The notes below the pieces were generated by a model that saw only the letters and a program-made list of their open reading frames with translations, was not told the DNA's origin and ran no database searches. DNA of 64,000 bases from a plasmid. Each line of letters begins with the position of its first letter. The first letter of the stretch is position 1. A program made the position numbers and the translations under genes. Below are positions 29,781 to 40,324 of the stretch, piece by piece. The DNA lies in the sequence record CP132210.1; one strand, given 5' to 3'.

Positions 29781-30776
29781 ATGTCAACTGATAGCAAATC
29801 CCTTATAACCCGCATTGCCTCTCGGTACGGTGTTGATAGCACCAAGTTTTTTGAAACCTTGAAAGCAACTGCGTTTAAGCAACGTGATGGCTCCGCTCCA
29901 ACCAACGACCAAATGATGGTTCTTCTGGTTGTGGCAGAGCAATACAACCTTAATCCGTTTACTCGGGAGATCTATGCGTTTCCTGATAGACAAAACGGGA
30001 TCATCCCGGTAGTGGGTGTTGACGGTTGGAGCCGCATCATCAACGAGCATCCCCAGCATGATGGTGTCGAGTTCGTGTATGCGGACAAGATGGTCAGAAT
30101 GGAGGGAGCAAACGTTGATTGCCCTGAGTGGATAGAATGCGTGATTTACCGTAAGGACAGATCACGCCCTATCCGGATCAAGGAGTTCATTGACGAAGTT
30201 TACCGAGGGCCAGCGCATAAAAATGGGCAAAACGGCCCTTATGTTGTCAATGGCCCTTGGCAAACACACACCAAGCGTCAACTCCGGCACAAGTCACTGA
30301 TCCAGTGTTCTCGTGTCGCGTTCGGTTTCAGTGGTATTTACGACCAAGATGAAGCAGAACGTATCCGTGAAATGGAGCAGGCATCAGCCATTAACCCGGC
30401 CATTGCAAGCCTCCCTTCACCGGCACAAGTTCATAGCCAGGAGCCTTTGGCTATTGAGCACAAAGAGCTTGACCCGATCCTAATCAAACTCGCAAATCGC
30501 GCTATTGCTGAAAACGCATGGTCTGCGGCGCATGAGTATTTGAAGGGACGGTATGAGGGTTCGGAACTGCAATATGCGACTCAATTCCTTCGTGAGAAGG
30601 AGATGGATCAAATGGAGCCTCCGAAACCTGACTACCAGGAAGCGCACGAGCAAGCCTCCACTGCTGGTGGTTCTGCGAATGCCGAACCTGTTGCCGCCGA
30701 AGTCGTGCCACCTTTGAGTGACGAGGACATGCTCCTTGTTGCAGAAGAGGAGGGTGCGCAAGGCTGTTATTACTAA
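29781..30776 (+). CDS. recT: RecT-family single-strand annealing protein
   Basis: Start 29781 after UTR module; RecT-like core incl. NGPWQTHTKRQLRHKSLIQCSRVAFGF; followed by YqaJ-type exonuclease. Confidence 0.7.
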   Translation: MSTDSKSLITRIASRYGVDSTKFFETLKATAFKQRDGSAPTNDQMMVLLVVAEQYNLNPFTREIYAFPDRQNGIIPVVGVDGWSRIINEHPQHDGVEFVYADKMVRMEGANVDCPEWIECVIYRKDRSRPIRIKEFIDEVYRGPAHKNGQNGPYVVNGPWQTHTKRQLRHKSLIQCSRVAFGFSGIYDQDEAERIREMEQASAINPAIASLPSPAQVHSQEPLAIEHKELDPILIKLANRAIAENAWSAAHEYLKGRYEGSELQYATQFLREKEMDQMEPPKPDYQEAHEQASTAGGSANAEPVAAEVVPPLSDEDMLLVAEEEGAQGCYY

Positions 30777-30838
30777 CCCCAACGGGGGGGACTCCCCCGC
30801 AGGGGGAGGTCTCCCTCCTAACCACTGGAGAGAGGTCC

Positions 30839-31849
30839 ATGAAAATAGTCAACCTATCGCAACGCGAGGAAGATTGGCTTGCTTGGCGGCGTCAAGGTGT
30901 AACAGCCACTGACGCCGCTATCCTGCTCAATCGGTCTCCGTACAAAACCCGATGGAGGTTGTGGGCCGAGAAGACTGGGTATGCGCGTGAAGTCGATCTG
31001 AGTCTCAATCCGCTGGTTCGCCGGGGGATAGAAAACGAAGATGCTGCAAGACGCGCTTTCGAGGAGAAGTATGATGACATGCTGCTCCCCGTCTGTGTCG
31101 AATCGGTTCAATACCCGCTCATGAGGGCCTCCCTGGACGGCCTGAGAGACAACGGGGAACCCGTCGAGCTGAAAAGCCCGAGTGCGACTGTTTGGGAAGA
31201 TGTTTGTGCAGAGAAAGCAAACAGCAAGGCATATCAGCTTTATTACCCGCAGGTGCAACACCAGCTCCTGGTAACGGGTGCCAAGCAAGGCTGGCTAGTC
31301 TTCTACTTTGAAGGTCAGATTCAGGAGTATCCAATACTCCGAGACGAAGCCATGATTCAAGAAATCTTGGCCGAAGCTAAAAAGTTCTGGCAACAGGTAG
31401 TAGACAGGAAGGAGCCCGACAAAGATCCGGAAAGAGACCTCTACATACCGCAAGGTGAAGAGGTCAATCGCTGGATTGCTGCTGCTGAGGAATACCGCCT
31501 CTATGATGCAGAGATTCAGGAGCTGAAACAGCGACTGGCTGAGCTTCAAGAAAGGCAAAAACCTCATCTCGACACAATGAAGTTCCTCATGGGGGAATAC
31601 TTCCATGCCGACTATTGCGGTGTGATGGTGACGAGATACAAAGCGGCTGGCCGGGTAGACTACAAAAGGCTGTTGGCAGATAAGGCGTCGGGCGTGAAGC
31701 CTGAGGATGTTGACCAATACAGAGAGAAGTCATCAGAGCGGTGCCGCGTAACGGTTACTGGTTCGGTGAAGCCACGGTACATTGTTGATGAGGACGTATT
31801 GGCTCCTCTTGATGATTTGCCGGAAGAAGTAGAGACATTCTACTGGTGA
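30839..31849 (+). CDS. YqaJ-like viral recombinase exonuclease (PD-(D/E)xK)
   Basis: N-terminal QREEDWLAWRRQGVTATDAAILLNRSPYKTRWRLWAEKTG matches YqaJ domain pattern; LDGL and ELKSP catalytic-region motifs. Confidence 0.65.
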   Translation: MKIVNLSQREEDWLAWRRQGVTATDAAILLNRSPYKTRWRLWAEKTGYAREVDLSLNPLVRRGIENEDAARRAFEEKYDDMLLPVCVESVQYPLMRASLDGLRDNGEPVELKSPSATVWEDVCAEKANSKAYQLYYPQVQHQLLVTGAKQGWLVFYFEGQIQEYPILRDEAMIQEILAEAKKFWQQVVDRKEPDKDPERDLYIPQGEEVNRWIAAAEEYRLYDAEIQELKQRLAELQERQKPHLDTMKFLMGEYFHADYCGVMVTRYKAAGRVDYKRLLADKASGVKPEDVDQYREKSSERCRVTVTGSVKPRYIVDEDVLAPLDDLPEEVETFYW

Positions 31850-31904
31850 GTGGGGGGGTCCCCCGCTTTCCCTTGGTGATTCTGAGAGTCGCCAACGGAA
31901 AGCA

Positions 31905-32026
31905 AGATTTTGTCCTCTCTGAGGGCGAAAACGTGCGATAGCTGGTCGCCAAAAATAAACAGCAAATTAACGTTAATTTTACTAGCCCAACCGGGCGCAT
32001 CCGCCCGGTTCGGGACGTGGTGCGCC
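31905..32026 (+). promoter_or_regulatory. Conserved operon-head regulatory repeat, copy C (long form)
   Basis: Near-identical to copy B; preceded by GGGGG-GT-CCCCC hairpin and GCTTTCC...GGAAAGC inverted repeat. Confidence 0.55.
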
Positions 32027-32046
32027 CCCAACTATTGGAGTGCATC

Positions 32047-33324
32047 ATGACTAAAGTGAACCATCTACAAAGCCTCTGTGTTATCCACGTTGACTTTGAT
32101 ATTTGGAGTGGACAAACCCGTTTGTCTGCATCTGATCTCAAGCTGGGCGAGGGTGGTGAAATTCCACCGGAGAAAGTAGCTCAACTGGGGAGTAAGAAGA
32201 TCTGTGATCCGGCGAAGCTGAAAGGCTTTCACCGCCTGAAAACAGAAACCCGTCGTCTCCTGTTGAAATTCGGTATGCCGTTCATGAACGGATTTGCCGT
32301 CCCAGTCAGCAAGACCGATGAAATCTGTAACAAGCTGAATGAGATCAGCTTTCAGTTCAACCAACTGAAACAGGACTTCATCAACGGTTACAACAACGCC
32401 GTGGATGAATGGTGTCAGGAAAACCCTGAGTACGAACGAGCTATCCGTGCCGGATCTCTTCCAAAGGAAACGGTCGAGGAGCGGATTGGCTTTGAGTTCC
32501 AGGTGTTCATGATCCAGCCGGTGAACGATGATGAGGCCAACGCCAAAAGCCTTAACCGTAAGGTTGAGCGCTTGGGTGACGATCTCATCTCCGAAGTGGT
32601 TCAGGAAGCGAATAAGTTCTATATGGAACGTTTGGCCGGTCGAGACCAATGTGCTGTCACGACTCGGCTGACTCTCCGTAATATCCGCGACAAGGTGGAT
32701 GGACTTAGCTTCTTGAACAGCGCTTTTAACCCTCTGGTAAAGCTGCTCGACCAAACCCTCCGGGGATATGAGAAACATGCCGATGGTCGAAACATCGTTG
32801 CGCCTTTCTTCTATCAGGTCGTGGCCGCTGTGCTGATCATGAGCGAGAGAGACCGCATCGAGCAGTATGCCAATGGCTCAATTACTGTAGAGAGCATGGC
32901 TAATAACATTGGCGGTTCGGAAGCCCAAATGGGGGACTGTTCCAAAGATGAAAAGCCTGAACGGAAAAGCGATACATCCGGTGAGCCCACTCTTGCATTT
33001 GAGGGGGGCGAAACCAAGACGCAACAGGTAGGCGGAAACGACTCTGTTCTATCCGAACAGACTAACAGCAATGGTAACGTTGTTGACCTGGATGAAGACA
33101 TCGACAACTTCTTCAAGAGTTTTGCAGAGCGAGGCGAGGGTGAATCGGAAGATGAATCCAAGGCCGGTGATGCGATTCAAGAAGAGCGAGTTGAAGTTGA
33201 GGATGAGCCTGTTTTGCCTGGGGATACTCCGGTAGAGCAAGAACCTATCCAAGAGCTACCCACTGAGGAACCCCTCATCCAGGTGCCGCCTAAAACTGAT
33301 GATGATGACGACTGTTTCTTCTAA
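32047..33324 (+). CDS. Hypothetical protein with acidic C-terminal tail
   Basis: Start ATG 32047 within ORF 32017..33324; 425 aa; C-terminus D/E-rich ending DDDDDCFF. Confidence 0.5.
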   Translation: MTKVNHLQSLCVIHVDFDIWSGQTRLSASDLKLGEGGEIPPEKVAQLGSKKICDPAKLKGFHRLKTETRRLLLKFGMPFMNGFAVPVSKTDEICNKLNEISFQFNQLKQDFINGYNNAVDEWCQENPEYERAIRAGSLPKETVEERIGFEFQVFMIQPVNDDEANAKSLNRKVERLGDDLISEVVQEANKFYMERLAGRDQCAVTTRLTLRNIRDKVDGLSFLNSAFNPLVKLLDQTLRGYEKHADGRNIVAPFFYQVVAAVLIMSERDRIEQYANGSITVESMANNIGGSEAQMGDCSKDEKPERKSDTSGEPTLAFEGGETKTQQVGGNDSVLSEQTNSNGNVVDLDEDIDNFFKSFAERGEGESEDESKAGDAIQEERVEVEDEPVLPGDTPVEQEPIQELPTEEPLIQVPPKTDDDDDCFF

Positions 33325-33408
33325 TAGTCACTTCAACTAAATCGACCCGGAGGGGATAGCCATTCCCTCCAGGGGTGGACTATCTCCTTCCCTACCAGGA
33401 GAAAAGAT

Positions 33409-35205
33409 ATGTCCAAAAAACACACCATTTACAGCGCTCTACCAATCGTGGCCGCAGCCTATGGTGAAAAACTCGGTGTCAAAGTCGCCATCGGTAACGA
33501 TGACGCATACACCGATGGCAAGACCATCGTGGTTCCGAATATTCCCGACGACTATCCGCACATGGATGCTGTCTGGGGATATTTGGCCCATGAAGCTGCC
33601 CATGTCCGGTTTACGGACTTTGGTGTTGAACGCCGCAGAGGCCTTCATGCTGAGTTGTCCAACATTTTGGAGGACTGCCGCATAGAACGCGCCATGATGG
33701 AGCTCTTCCCAGGCACTTCACAGACCCTGAATGAAGTCGCTCGCTACATGGCTCAAGCCGGTCATTACGAACACGTCACAGATAAAGAGGCTCCGGCCTC
33801 CATTCTGACTGGGTTCTGCTTGTACTGGCTGCAAACCAAGGCTGTAGGGCAATCCGTCCTTCAACCCTATCTCGATTCGGCTACCTCCGTATTCGAGCGC
33901 GTGTTTCCTCAAGGGGTTGTTGTTCGGCTGAACGCTTTGCTGCGTAAGGCTGTGAACACTAAGTCAACCGCAGAGGTGACATCCTTGGCCGACAAAATCA
34001 TCAAGATGATCGAGGAGGAAAAGGAGAAAGAAGAGCAGAAGCCTAAGAATGGTGAGGATGGTAACAATCAGCAGAATGCTGGTAGCAACCAATCTCAGAA
34101 CAATCAAGGCGGAGGTGGGAACGATCAAAACCAAGGGCAAGGTGCCAATGGTGGTGATCAGCAAGGCAAAGACCAGAAGCAAGACGATGCTGGTGGAAAG
34201 TCTGATCCGAAAGGGCAAGGCGACCAAAGCAAGTCGGATACTGATGGTGGCAGCAAGGCTGGACAAAGCCAGGCTGGTGGCAATTCTGACGCAGCAAAGC
34301 AAGATGCGGCCAAAATGCTCCAGCAGGTTCTGAATGCCGGTGCCGGTGACTTGCGTGGTGACGCGCATGATGCACTTAAAGCTGAGCTCAACCGGGTGGC
34401 TCAAGATAAGGGAGACAGTAGTTATATGACTGTTCGCTCTGCTGTGAACACCCAGGATAACCCTGCTGTTGGCAAAAGCCTCGTAGGTGATGTGAAGAGC
34501 ACCACTTCAAAGATAAGAACGCAGCTTTACGGATTGGTCCAGGCCAGCCAGCGAGTTGCTCACCGCAACCAACGATCAGGAAAGCGTGTGGATGCCCGGA
34601 AGCTACATCGTGTAGTGACAGGTGATACCCGCGTATTCCTCAAGCCGGAAGCCAAGAAACGCCCTAACACGGCGGTTCACATCCTGGTTGATATGAGCTC
34701 CTCGATGGCCTACAAGGCCGCCAATGGAAAGGAGCGTCAAGATATTGCGCGGGAAGCATCCTTAGCTATTTCTATGGCTCTGGAAGCGATCCCCGGCGTA
34801 AATCCGGCAGTCACCTTTTTTGGTGGCAACCGGAACCAGCCAGTGTTCAGTGTCGTGAAGCATGGAGATACGGTTCAGAATCGGGCCGGTCGGTTTGGGT
34901 TCAAAGCAACTGGCGGTACACCTATGGCGGAAGCTATGTGGTATGCAGCCTTTGAACTCACCAAGACCCGTGAAGAGCGGAAAATGTTGATCGTAGTGAC
35001 TGATGGGCAGCCTCAAAGCGCCCCTGCATGTCGCTCTGTGATCGACCTCTGTGAACGAAGCGATGTTGAGGTGATAGGCATAGGGGTAGAGACTACCGCA
35101 GTGTCAGGACTGTTCCAAAAGAACATTGTCATTGACGATGCGGCAGCTCTGCAACGCACACTGTTTAAGCTGATGGAGCGGTCACTGACTGCTTTTGCGG
35201 CCTAG
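33409..35205 (+). CDS. vWA-domain protein (CobT-like partner of the AAA+ ATPase)
   Basis: 598 aa; Q/G/N/D/K low-complexity linker; C-terminal MIDAS-like ILVDMSSSM and VVTDGQP motifs. Confidence 0.7.
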   Translation: MSKKHTIYSALPIVAAAYGEKLGVKVAIGNDDAYTDGKTIVVPNIPDDYPHMDAVWGYLAHEAAHVRFTDFGVERRRGLHAELSNILEDCRIERAMMELFPGTSQTLNEVARYMAQAGHYEHVTDKEAPASILTGFCLYWLQTKAVGQSVLQPYLDSATSVFERVFPQGVVVRLNALLRKAVNTKSTAEVTSLADKIIKMIEEEKEKEEQKPKNGEDGNNQQNAGSNQSQNNQGGGGNDQNQGQGANGGDQQGKDQKQDDAGGKSDPKGQGDQSKSDTDGGSKAGQSQAGGNSDAAKQDAAKMLQQVLNAGAGDLRGDAHDALKAELNRVAQDKGDSSYMTVRSAVNTQDNPAVGKSLVGDVKSTTSKIRTQLYGLVQASQRVAHRNQRSGKRVDARKLHRVVTGDTRVFLKPEAKKRPNTAVHILVDMSSSMAYKAANGKERQDIAREASLAISMALEAIPGVNPAVTFFGGNRNQPVFSVVKHGDTVQNRAGRFGFKATGGTPMAEAMWYAAFELTKTREERKMLIVVTDGQPQSAPACRSVIDLCERSDVEVIGIGVETTAVSGLFQKNIVIDDAAALQRTLFKLMERSLTAFAA

Positions 35206-35224
35206 TGTGTGTAAATAAACGCGG

Positions 35225-35257
35225 TCGCCCATTTTGGGTGGCCGCCATTTTTTAACC
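35225..35257 (+). terminator. Rho-independent terminator
   Basis: GCGGTCGCCCA-TTTT-GGGTGGCCGC imperfect stem then ATTTTTT. Confidence 0.55.
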
Positions 35258-35319
35258 TAGCAGGGGCGTCCTATCTCCTGTTAGGAGGGGGAGCCTCTTT
35301 TGAATAGAGAGCAACTCAA

Positions 35320-35808
35320 ATGTCTGTACTTACTTTTAAAATCCATGATGTGAAAAAGTTGATTGAAGAGCTTGATGCAGCAAGCAGTTTTTCACCATCA
35401 ACGGACGATTTGTTCAATCCTGAAATGTACTCTGACGGCATAGTCAGGGATAAAAATGGAAGGACTGAGCAGGAAGCTGAAAAACATGGCGGGATGTTCT
35501 GGCCTTCAGAAGACTTTATTGACCAGAGCAAAGTTAAACCCGCCTTGATTTTGGTAGGAGATCATGGAGTTTACCTCATCACTAATGCAAAAGCTGATGG
35601 GTCTCCAAGCTCTCGCGGAACAGTCGCTTATGCTAAGGGCTGTAATCCAAGGCTCGATGATGATTTCTACGAAAATAAATGCAACTTGTTTGGTGGTGAT
35701 GATGGTTCGGTTCGCATCCCTTCTGAATGGGCCCGGTGGGCTATCCAGAACCAGAAGGCGTTTCGGATCAAATTGACCACAAACTCGGTTGAGCTGATGC
35801 AGGGGTAA
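35320..35808 (+). CDS. Hypothetical protein
   Basis: 162 aa; AT-rich gene preceded by UTR hairpin module. Confidence 0.5.
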   Translation: MSVLTFKIHDVKKLIEELDAASSFSPSTDDLFNPEMYSDGIVRDKNGRTEQEAEKHGGMFWPSEDFIDQSKVKPALILVGDHGVYLITNAKADGSPSSRGTVAYAKGCNPRLDDDFYENKCNLFGGDDGSVRIPSEWARWAIQNQKAFRIKLTTNSVELMQG

Positions 35809-35873
35809 TACAGGTAATCCCTGTTGATGTATACGGTCGTCGGTAACGATGGCCGTTTTTATTTGGAGAATCT

Positions 35874-36206
35874 ATGAACCAATTCCATCGGTTGGATTTG
35901 TATCATCAGAACAAGGGTAGAAGAGCATCTGAGCCTGATACACCTTTCTTACTGCTTGCCAAACGCATCCCTCCAATGTACTGGAGACTGTTCCAGGGTG
36001 TCACACTGGATAGTCGTATGGGGTACACCGGCAAGCGGCAGTTCCACGGTCTTGGGCAAGCAATCAACTGGGCAAAATCATCAGTTGGTTATTCCTGGTC
36101 AAACAAGCACTTTCATAAGCCCGTAGACCTCGATCTTTTGCTGGCCTGTACTGCGAGTAAGTTGCCTGAACATCTGGTCGAAGATCTGAAAAGACGGGGC
36201 AATTGA
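35874..36206 (+). CDS. Hypothetical protein
   Basis: 110 aa; GGAGAA RBS. Confidence 0.45.
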   Translation: MNQFHRLDLYHQNKGRRASEPDTPFLLLAKRIPPMYWRLFQGVTLDSRMGYTGKRQFHGLGQAINWAKSSVGYSWSNKHFHKPVDLDLLLACTASKLPEHLVEDLKRRGN

Positions 36207-36340
36207 TGCGTCTTTGATCTTGCACCCGAAAAGGGCAGTTTGAGCGTTCCTGTTCATGCCGCTCTCGTGGAAAAATAAAAGTGAGGAGGGGATACCCTCC
36301 CACTTTCTCAGAGGCCTTCATTGAGGGTTGCTGAGAAAGT

Positions 36341-36400
36341 GAATTTTGTCCTCTCTGAGGGCGAAAACGTGCGATAGCTGGTCGCCAAAAACAAACAGCA
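36341..36400 (+). promoter_or_regulatory. Conserved operon-head regulatory repeat, copy D
   Basis: TTTGTCCTCTCTGAGGGCGAAAACGTGCGATAGCTGGTCGCCAAAAACAAACAGCA then diverges. Confidence 0.5.
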
Positions 36401-36467
36401 ACCTATCTTGGCCCATAGGGCGCACTGCGCCTGTTGGGCAACGTGCGTCCTCAAAAAGGAGATACGC

Positions 36468-37007
36468 ATGTCTATCCTTGAAAAGATGAAAGCAGAAATG
36501 CTTAATCTCTCTCAAAAGCTCAAGTTACCGGAGGTTTATGCCGGTGATGTAGAGCAAGATCTAACCCTGATTGAGCAGTTCAGTGGCTATCAAATGTTAT
36601 GGGTGCTCAGAACCTGTGGTTCGGCATTGATACCGTTAAAGGCCGGAGTTCACCCTGTTCATGTTACTCACTGGATCTGGGGTAATTCAGGGCAACAAAT
36701 CTTTGTGTTTCATGTCAATACGCAGCACGGAACCATAGAGAAAGTTGACTTCGAGGAAGCTGAACGTCTCATCATGCAGCAACCTTGCCATTTGAGCTCT
36801 TCAATGAAGCGCGAAGAGATAATCAGCTATGTTGATCGTGTTCTATCTAATGGCTGCAACCTTCGTATATGGGGTGTTTTTGACTCACCGAAACACTCTT
36901 GTTCGGTCGGGGACTGGTCACAATGGCAACAGTATTTCAGATCGTCAGGTAATCACCTGATGGCCGATTTTATTGGTAAAGCCATTCGATTCACGAACCC
37001 TCGATAA
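36468..37007 (+). CDS. Hypothetical protein
   Basis: Start ATG 36468 in ORF 36408..37007; 179 aa. Confidence 0.5.
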   Translation: MSILEKMKAEMLNLSQKLKLPEVYAGDVEQDLTLIEQFSGYQMLWVLRTCGSALIPLKAGVHPVHVTHWIWGNSGQQIFVFHVNTQHGTIEKVDFEEAERLIMQQPCHLSSSMKREEIISYVDRVLSNGCNLRIWGVFDSPKHSCSVGDWSQWQQYFRSSGNHLMADFIGKAIRFTNPR

Positions 37008-37087
37008 ATCGCCGTTCAACCATTAACCCTTTGGGGCTCCGATAGCCCTGAGGGGCCGGGGCTCCGCAATCGCATTAAGGAGTCCCT

Positions 37088-37588
37088 ATGAAAAACCTAT
37101 CAGCTTTGGAAGCAGTTCTTGACTACGACAAACCTTCTCGGCGTTTTCTTGATGAGCTCAACGAAAACCAGATGAAGGACCTGTCCGGGGAAATCTTCGC
37201 CAAGCTCTACTGGAGCAAGCGGAATCCTCAGTGGTACGAGAAAGACACCAACAGACTGTTTGCACGACTTCGTTGGGTTCGGCGCATCATCAAGAAGCGC
37301 TTGAGTTCCGGCCAGGTTAAACCTGAACTGACTGAAAATGGTTCAGTGATGGATCGCTTCAACTTCCCTTGCGGTGACACTCTCGATTTCTTCCATCGGT
37401 ACTTGCAACATCCCAAATGGGCTGTTGTGTATCAAGAGTCGGGTTGTATTGCCTTTTGGAAAAATGAAGCAACGCTTGAGCTATGCACCTACTGCGAAGG
37501 TGATGTGGTCATGATGAAGGCACCTGATGAAACGGCCTTCTTTCGTGATTGCAATCGCCTGAGCTGGTGGTATGCAGATAACGCTTGA
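37088..37588 (+). CDS. Hypothetical protein
   Basis: 166 aa; UTR hairpin module upstream. Confidence 0.5.
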   Translation: MKNLSALEAVLDYDKPSRRFLDELNENQMKDLSGEIFAKLYWSKRNPQWYEKDTNRLFARLRWVRRIIKKRLSSGQVKPELTENGSVMDRFNFPCGDTLDFFHRYLQHPKWAVVYQESGCIAFWKNEATLELCTYCEGDVVMMKAPDETAFFRDCNRLSWWYADNA

Positions 37589-37661
37589 TCTTAATCCCTA
37601 ACCAGGGGCGAACCAGCCCCTGATGGGAGCATGGTGCGCCCCATCTACGATGGAGGACGCC

Positions 37662-38546
37662 ATGTTCAAATCATCAGTATGCTCCTACGAAAATAGGGGG
37701 CCTTACGGAAACAACAAGTACCGAGGCAATTGCTCTGGCTTCATCATAAAAGACTTTGTTGAGTCCTACATGAGGAGGCCGAATGGGCTGGTGGCAGACC
37801 CCAGTGTTGGGGGCGGCTCAAGCATCGACGTTGCCAATGAACTTGGAATCCGTTTCAAAGGGACAGACTTGCATCAGGGTTTCAATCTGTTGCGGGATGA
37901 CTTCCTTTCGTTCCTCGGAGAGCCTGCACACCTTATCTGGTGGCACCCTCCTTACTGGGACATGATCCAGTATTCAGGTAAACAGTGGGGAGAACCCAAC
38001 AAATGGGACATGAGCCGCATGAGTTTGCCTGAGTTCGTTGAAGCCCTTGAGTTGGCTGTTATGAACATTCATGACGCTTGTGAGCAAGGGGGACATTACG
38101 GAATCCTCATGGGGAACCTGAGGCGCGATGGGGATTACTTCAACCTGTCCAGCCTTGTGGAACGTATCGCACCTGGAAAGCTGGTGGATGAAATCATCAA
38201 AACACAGCACAACTGTGTGAGTGATCGAACTCAGTATTCCGGGAAGCTAGTGCGCATCGCCCATGAGAAGCTGTTGGTGTTTCGTCGTAACGACGTTGCC
38301 TCATCGCTCTGTCTTCTTGCTGCCGTACACCGCCGATCAACCAACATGGTTTCGACTACGTGGAAAGCTGCAATACGCCGAACCCTACAGGGGAAAACGT
38401 TGAAGCTGGAGCAGATTTACAAAGAGATTGAACCCTACGCAAAGCATCGAGAGAACAACCACTGGCAAGCAAAGGTCAGGCAAGTTCTTCAAGATGCCAG
38501 GTTCTTTAGTCGCATCGAGGTAGGTGCCTATGCACTTGCTGAGTAG
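37662..38546 (+). CDS. Orphan DNA N6-adenine/N4-cytosine methyltransferase
   Basis: Motif I ADPSVGGGSS (FxGxG-like) followed by motif IV WWHPPY (D/N/S-PPY); no adjacent restriction gene. Confidence 0.6.
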   Translation: MFKSSVCSYENRGPYGNNKYRGNCSGFIIKDFVESYMRRPNGLVADPSVGGGSSIDVANELGIRFKGTDLHQGFNLLRDDFLSFLGEPAHLIWWHPPYWDMIQYSGKQWGEPNKWDMSRMSLPEFVEALELAVMNIHDACEQGGHYGILMGNLRRDGDYFNLSSLVERIAPGKLVDEIIKTQHNCVSDRTQYSGKLVRIAHEKLLVFRRNDVASSLCLLAAVHRRSTNMVSTTWKAAIRRTLQGKTLKLEQIYKEIEPYAKHRENNHWQAKVRQVLQDARFFSRIEVGAYALAE

Positions 38547-38611
38547 CCCAACCGGGGCGTGACATCCCGGAGGGGATTGGTCGCGCTCATTAACATCAAA
38601 GGAGCGTGACC

Positions 38612-38836
38612 ATGAACATACAACTTCAAGCCAACAACATTGTTCTGTTGGCGCAAATCGAAAACAAAGGCCTCACTGTTGAAACGCATTGTCGCAGTGG
38701 CTTTTGTGGCATGTGCCGGGTTCGTCTAATCGAAGGTCAGGTGGCCTACGAAGAGACCCCCATCGCACTTGTCAAAGAAGGGGAAGTGTTGGTTTGCTGC
38801 GCTAAAGCAAAAACCGATGTGACCTTGGAAATTTAA
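38612..38836 (+). CDS. yfaE: YfaE-like 2Fe-2S ferredoxin
   Basis: 74 aa; CRSGFCGMCRVRLIEGQV...VLVCCAKAKTDVTLEI aligns with YfaE C..GYCGSCR.RL..G.V...ILPCC..KGDI pattern. Confidence 0.6.
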   Translation: MNIQLQANNIVLLAQIENKGLTVETHCRSGFCGMCRVRLIEGQVAYEETPIALVKEGEVLVCCAKAKTDVTLEI

Positions 38837-38897
38837 CCCATCCGGAGGAGCCTTTCCTGCGGGTGGGGCTCCTCTATCCATTACGAGGAGAAACACT

Positions 38898-39287
38898 ATG
38901 TCTATCAAAACCAAAGTCGAACAAATCGCATACGGCCATGCTACTGCTCAAGTGCTCAGTGAAATGGGTCCACAAGAGAATTGGTATAAGGCTTATGAGT
39001 ATTTGTCGGAGTGTGTAGAACTGGGAGACGACCCTGAGGATCTGGTCGTTTGGCAAAAGTTTGAGCACTGGGAATGGAAAGACATTCTGGAGCAAATCGA
39101 GAGCGAAGCTGAGTCTCTGCTTTCGACTATCAAGTTGGTTTTAGGCTTGGCCCACAAAGGCATCATTCAGTCAGCAATTGACTGCTCTCTCGATTCGGAC
39201 ATGACTCAGCTTGACCTGATTGGAATGGTCGAGCTCGGCAGTGAAATCGAAGAAAGGGAGTGTGCTGGAGGTGGCTATGCAGCTTAA
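38898..39287 (+). CDS. Hypothetical acidic protein
   Basis: 129 aa; UTR hairpin module upstream. Confidence 0.45.
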   Translation: MSIKTKVEQIAYGHATAQVLSEMGPQENWYKAYEYLSECVELGDDPEDLVVWQKFEHWEWKDILEQIESEAESLLSTIKLVLGLAHKGIIQSAIDCSLDSDMTQLDLIGMVELGSEIEERECAGGGYAA

Positions 39288-39729
39288 CCGATACACGGCC
39301 AGAGAGTCTGACAAAGGTCGGGTTCTTCGGACCATTGGTTGGTGCAAACGCAACCACCTTACACTTGCCGGTCTTCCATATGACGACAACCTTGTAGGAA
39401 ACGATGGGATCAGCATAGAGATCATCACTCCTCCAGGTATGTCTCGGGAAATGCTGGAGCAAGCCGTCCAAGAGGGGTACTCAGAGCGAGATGTCGTAAG
39501 GCATCGCATTTTGGAGTGCCCTATCGGTTGGTTCATTGAAGCTGATGGCAAGGCATTTGATCATGAAGTTTTCCACGATTACGTGGCTGCTCATGGTTAT
39601 GGTGAACCTTCCAGTGAAGCCTATGAACTGGCGGAGCGGTGGTTCTGGCAGGGTAACGATTATGCGTTGATAGCTGCGGAAATAGTTGCTCGTGATCTTT
39701 GTGTTCGTGATGACGAAGATGAGGACTGA
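39277..39729 (+). CDS. Hypothetical protein
   Basis: Start ATG 39277 in ORF 39220..39729, overlapping upstream gene by 11 nt. Confidence 0.45.
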   Translation: MQLNRYTARESDKGRVLRTIGWCKRNHLTLAGLPYDDNLVGNDGISIEIITPPGMSREMLEQAVQEGYSERDVVRHRILECPIGWFIEADGKAFDHEVFHDYVAAHGYGEPSSEAYELAERWFWQGNDYALIAAEIVARDLCVRDDEDED

Positions 39730-39733
39730 GCCT

Positions 39734-40009
39734 ATGGCCGCTGTAGCGCATATAGCAGCAGATAACCTTGTACCGGCATGTGGAGGGGCAGAGAAGCCGT
39801 TTACCGTCAATGACAGGCAATGGCTTTACTGTTATCACCCGGCTAGTGGAAAGCACTGCTACTTAGACCTCGATAACGACCGTCCAGTTTGGCATCGAGG
39901 ATTCCATCCTGCTTTTCATCCTGAGCTTGAGTTCGTTGATGAAGCTGAATTGTTTCGGCCAGTCGAGCAAAAGCCTGACCATGAAGATCTGGAGGATTTT
40001 TATTTTTAA
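39734..40009 (+). CDS. Hypothetical protein
   Basis: 91 aa; starts 5 nt after previous stop. Confidence 0.45.
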   Translation: MAAVAHIAADNLVPACGGAEKPFTVNDRQWLYCYHPASGKHCYLDLDNDRPVWHRGFHPAFHPELEFVDEAELFRPVEQKPDHEDLEDFYF

Positions 40010-40065
40010 CCCACGGGGCTGCTTTTCCTGATGGGAGACAGCCTCCATTCTCAAAGGAGAAGACC

Positions 40066-40257
40066 ATGACAGATCACAGTCACATGATTGTGTTCCCTGG
40101 GAGCAATGTCGAATCACTTGCTGAGGCTAACGCCATGTTGAGCGCAGTGTCGGAAGACGCACGTAAAGCCAGCAATATGGAAGACAAACGTGACCTTGAA
40201 TCGCTTCAAGGCTGGCTGGAAGAGAACATCAATTCTCAACTGGCAGGCGTGAAGTAA
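40066..40257 (+). CDS. Hypothetical 63-aa protein
   Basis: AAGGAGAAG RBS; UTR hairpin module upstream. Confidence 0.4.
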   Translation: MTDHSHMIVFPGSNVESLAEANAMLSAVSEDARKASNMEDKRDLESLQGWLEENINSQLAGVK

Positions 40258-40324
40258 CGATGACTGTAACCCCATTGGGGGCTTCATGCCCCAGTGGGGG
40301 CATGGTGCCCGTAAAGGAGCCGCC

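Noticed and set aside
33964-34404. Minus-strand ORFs (146 and 110 aa) inside the vWA-protein gene
   Set aside because: Generated by the low-complexity Q/G/N/D-coding linker of the + strand gene (repetitive codons give open antisense frames). No independent signals.
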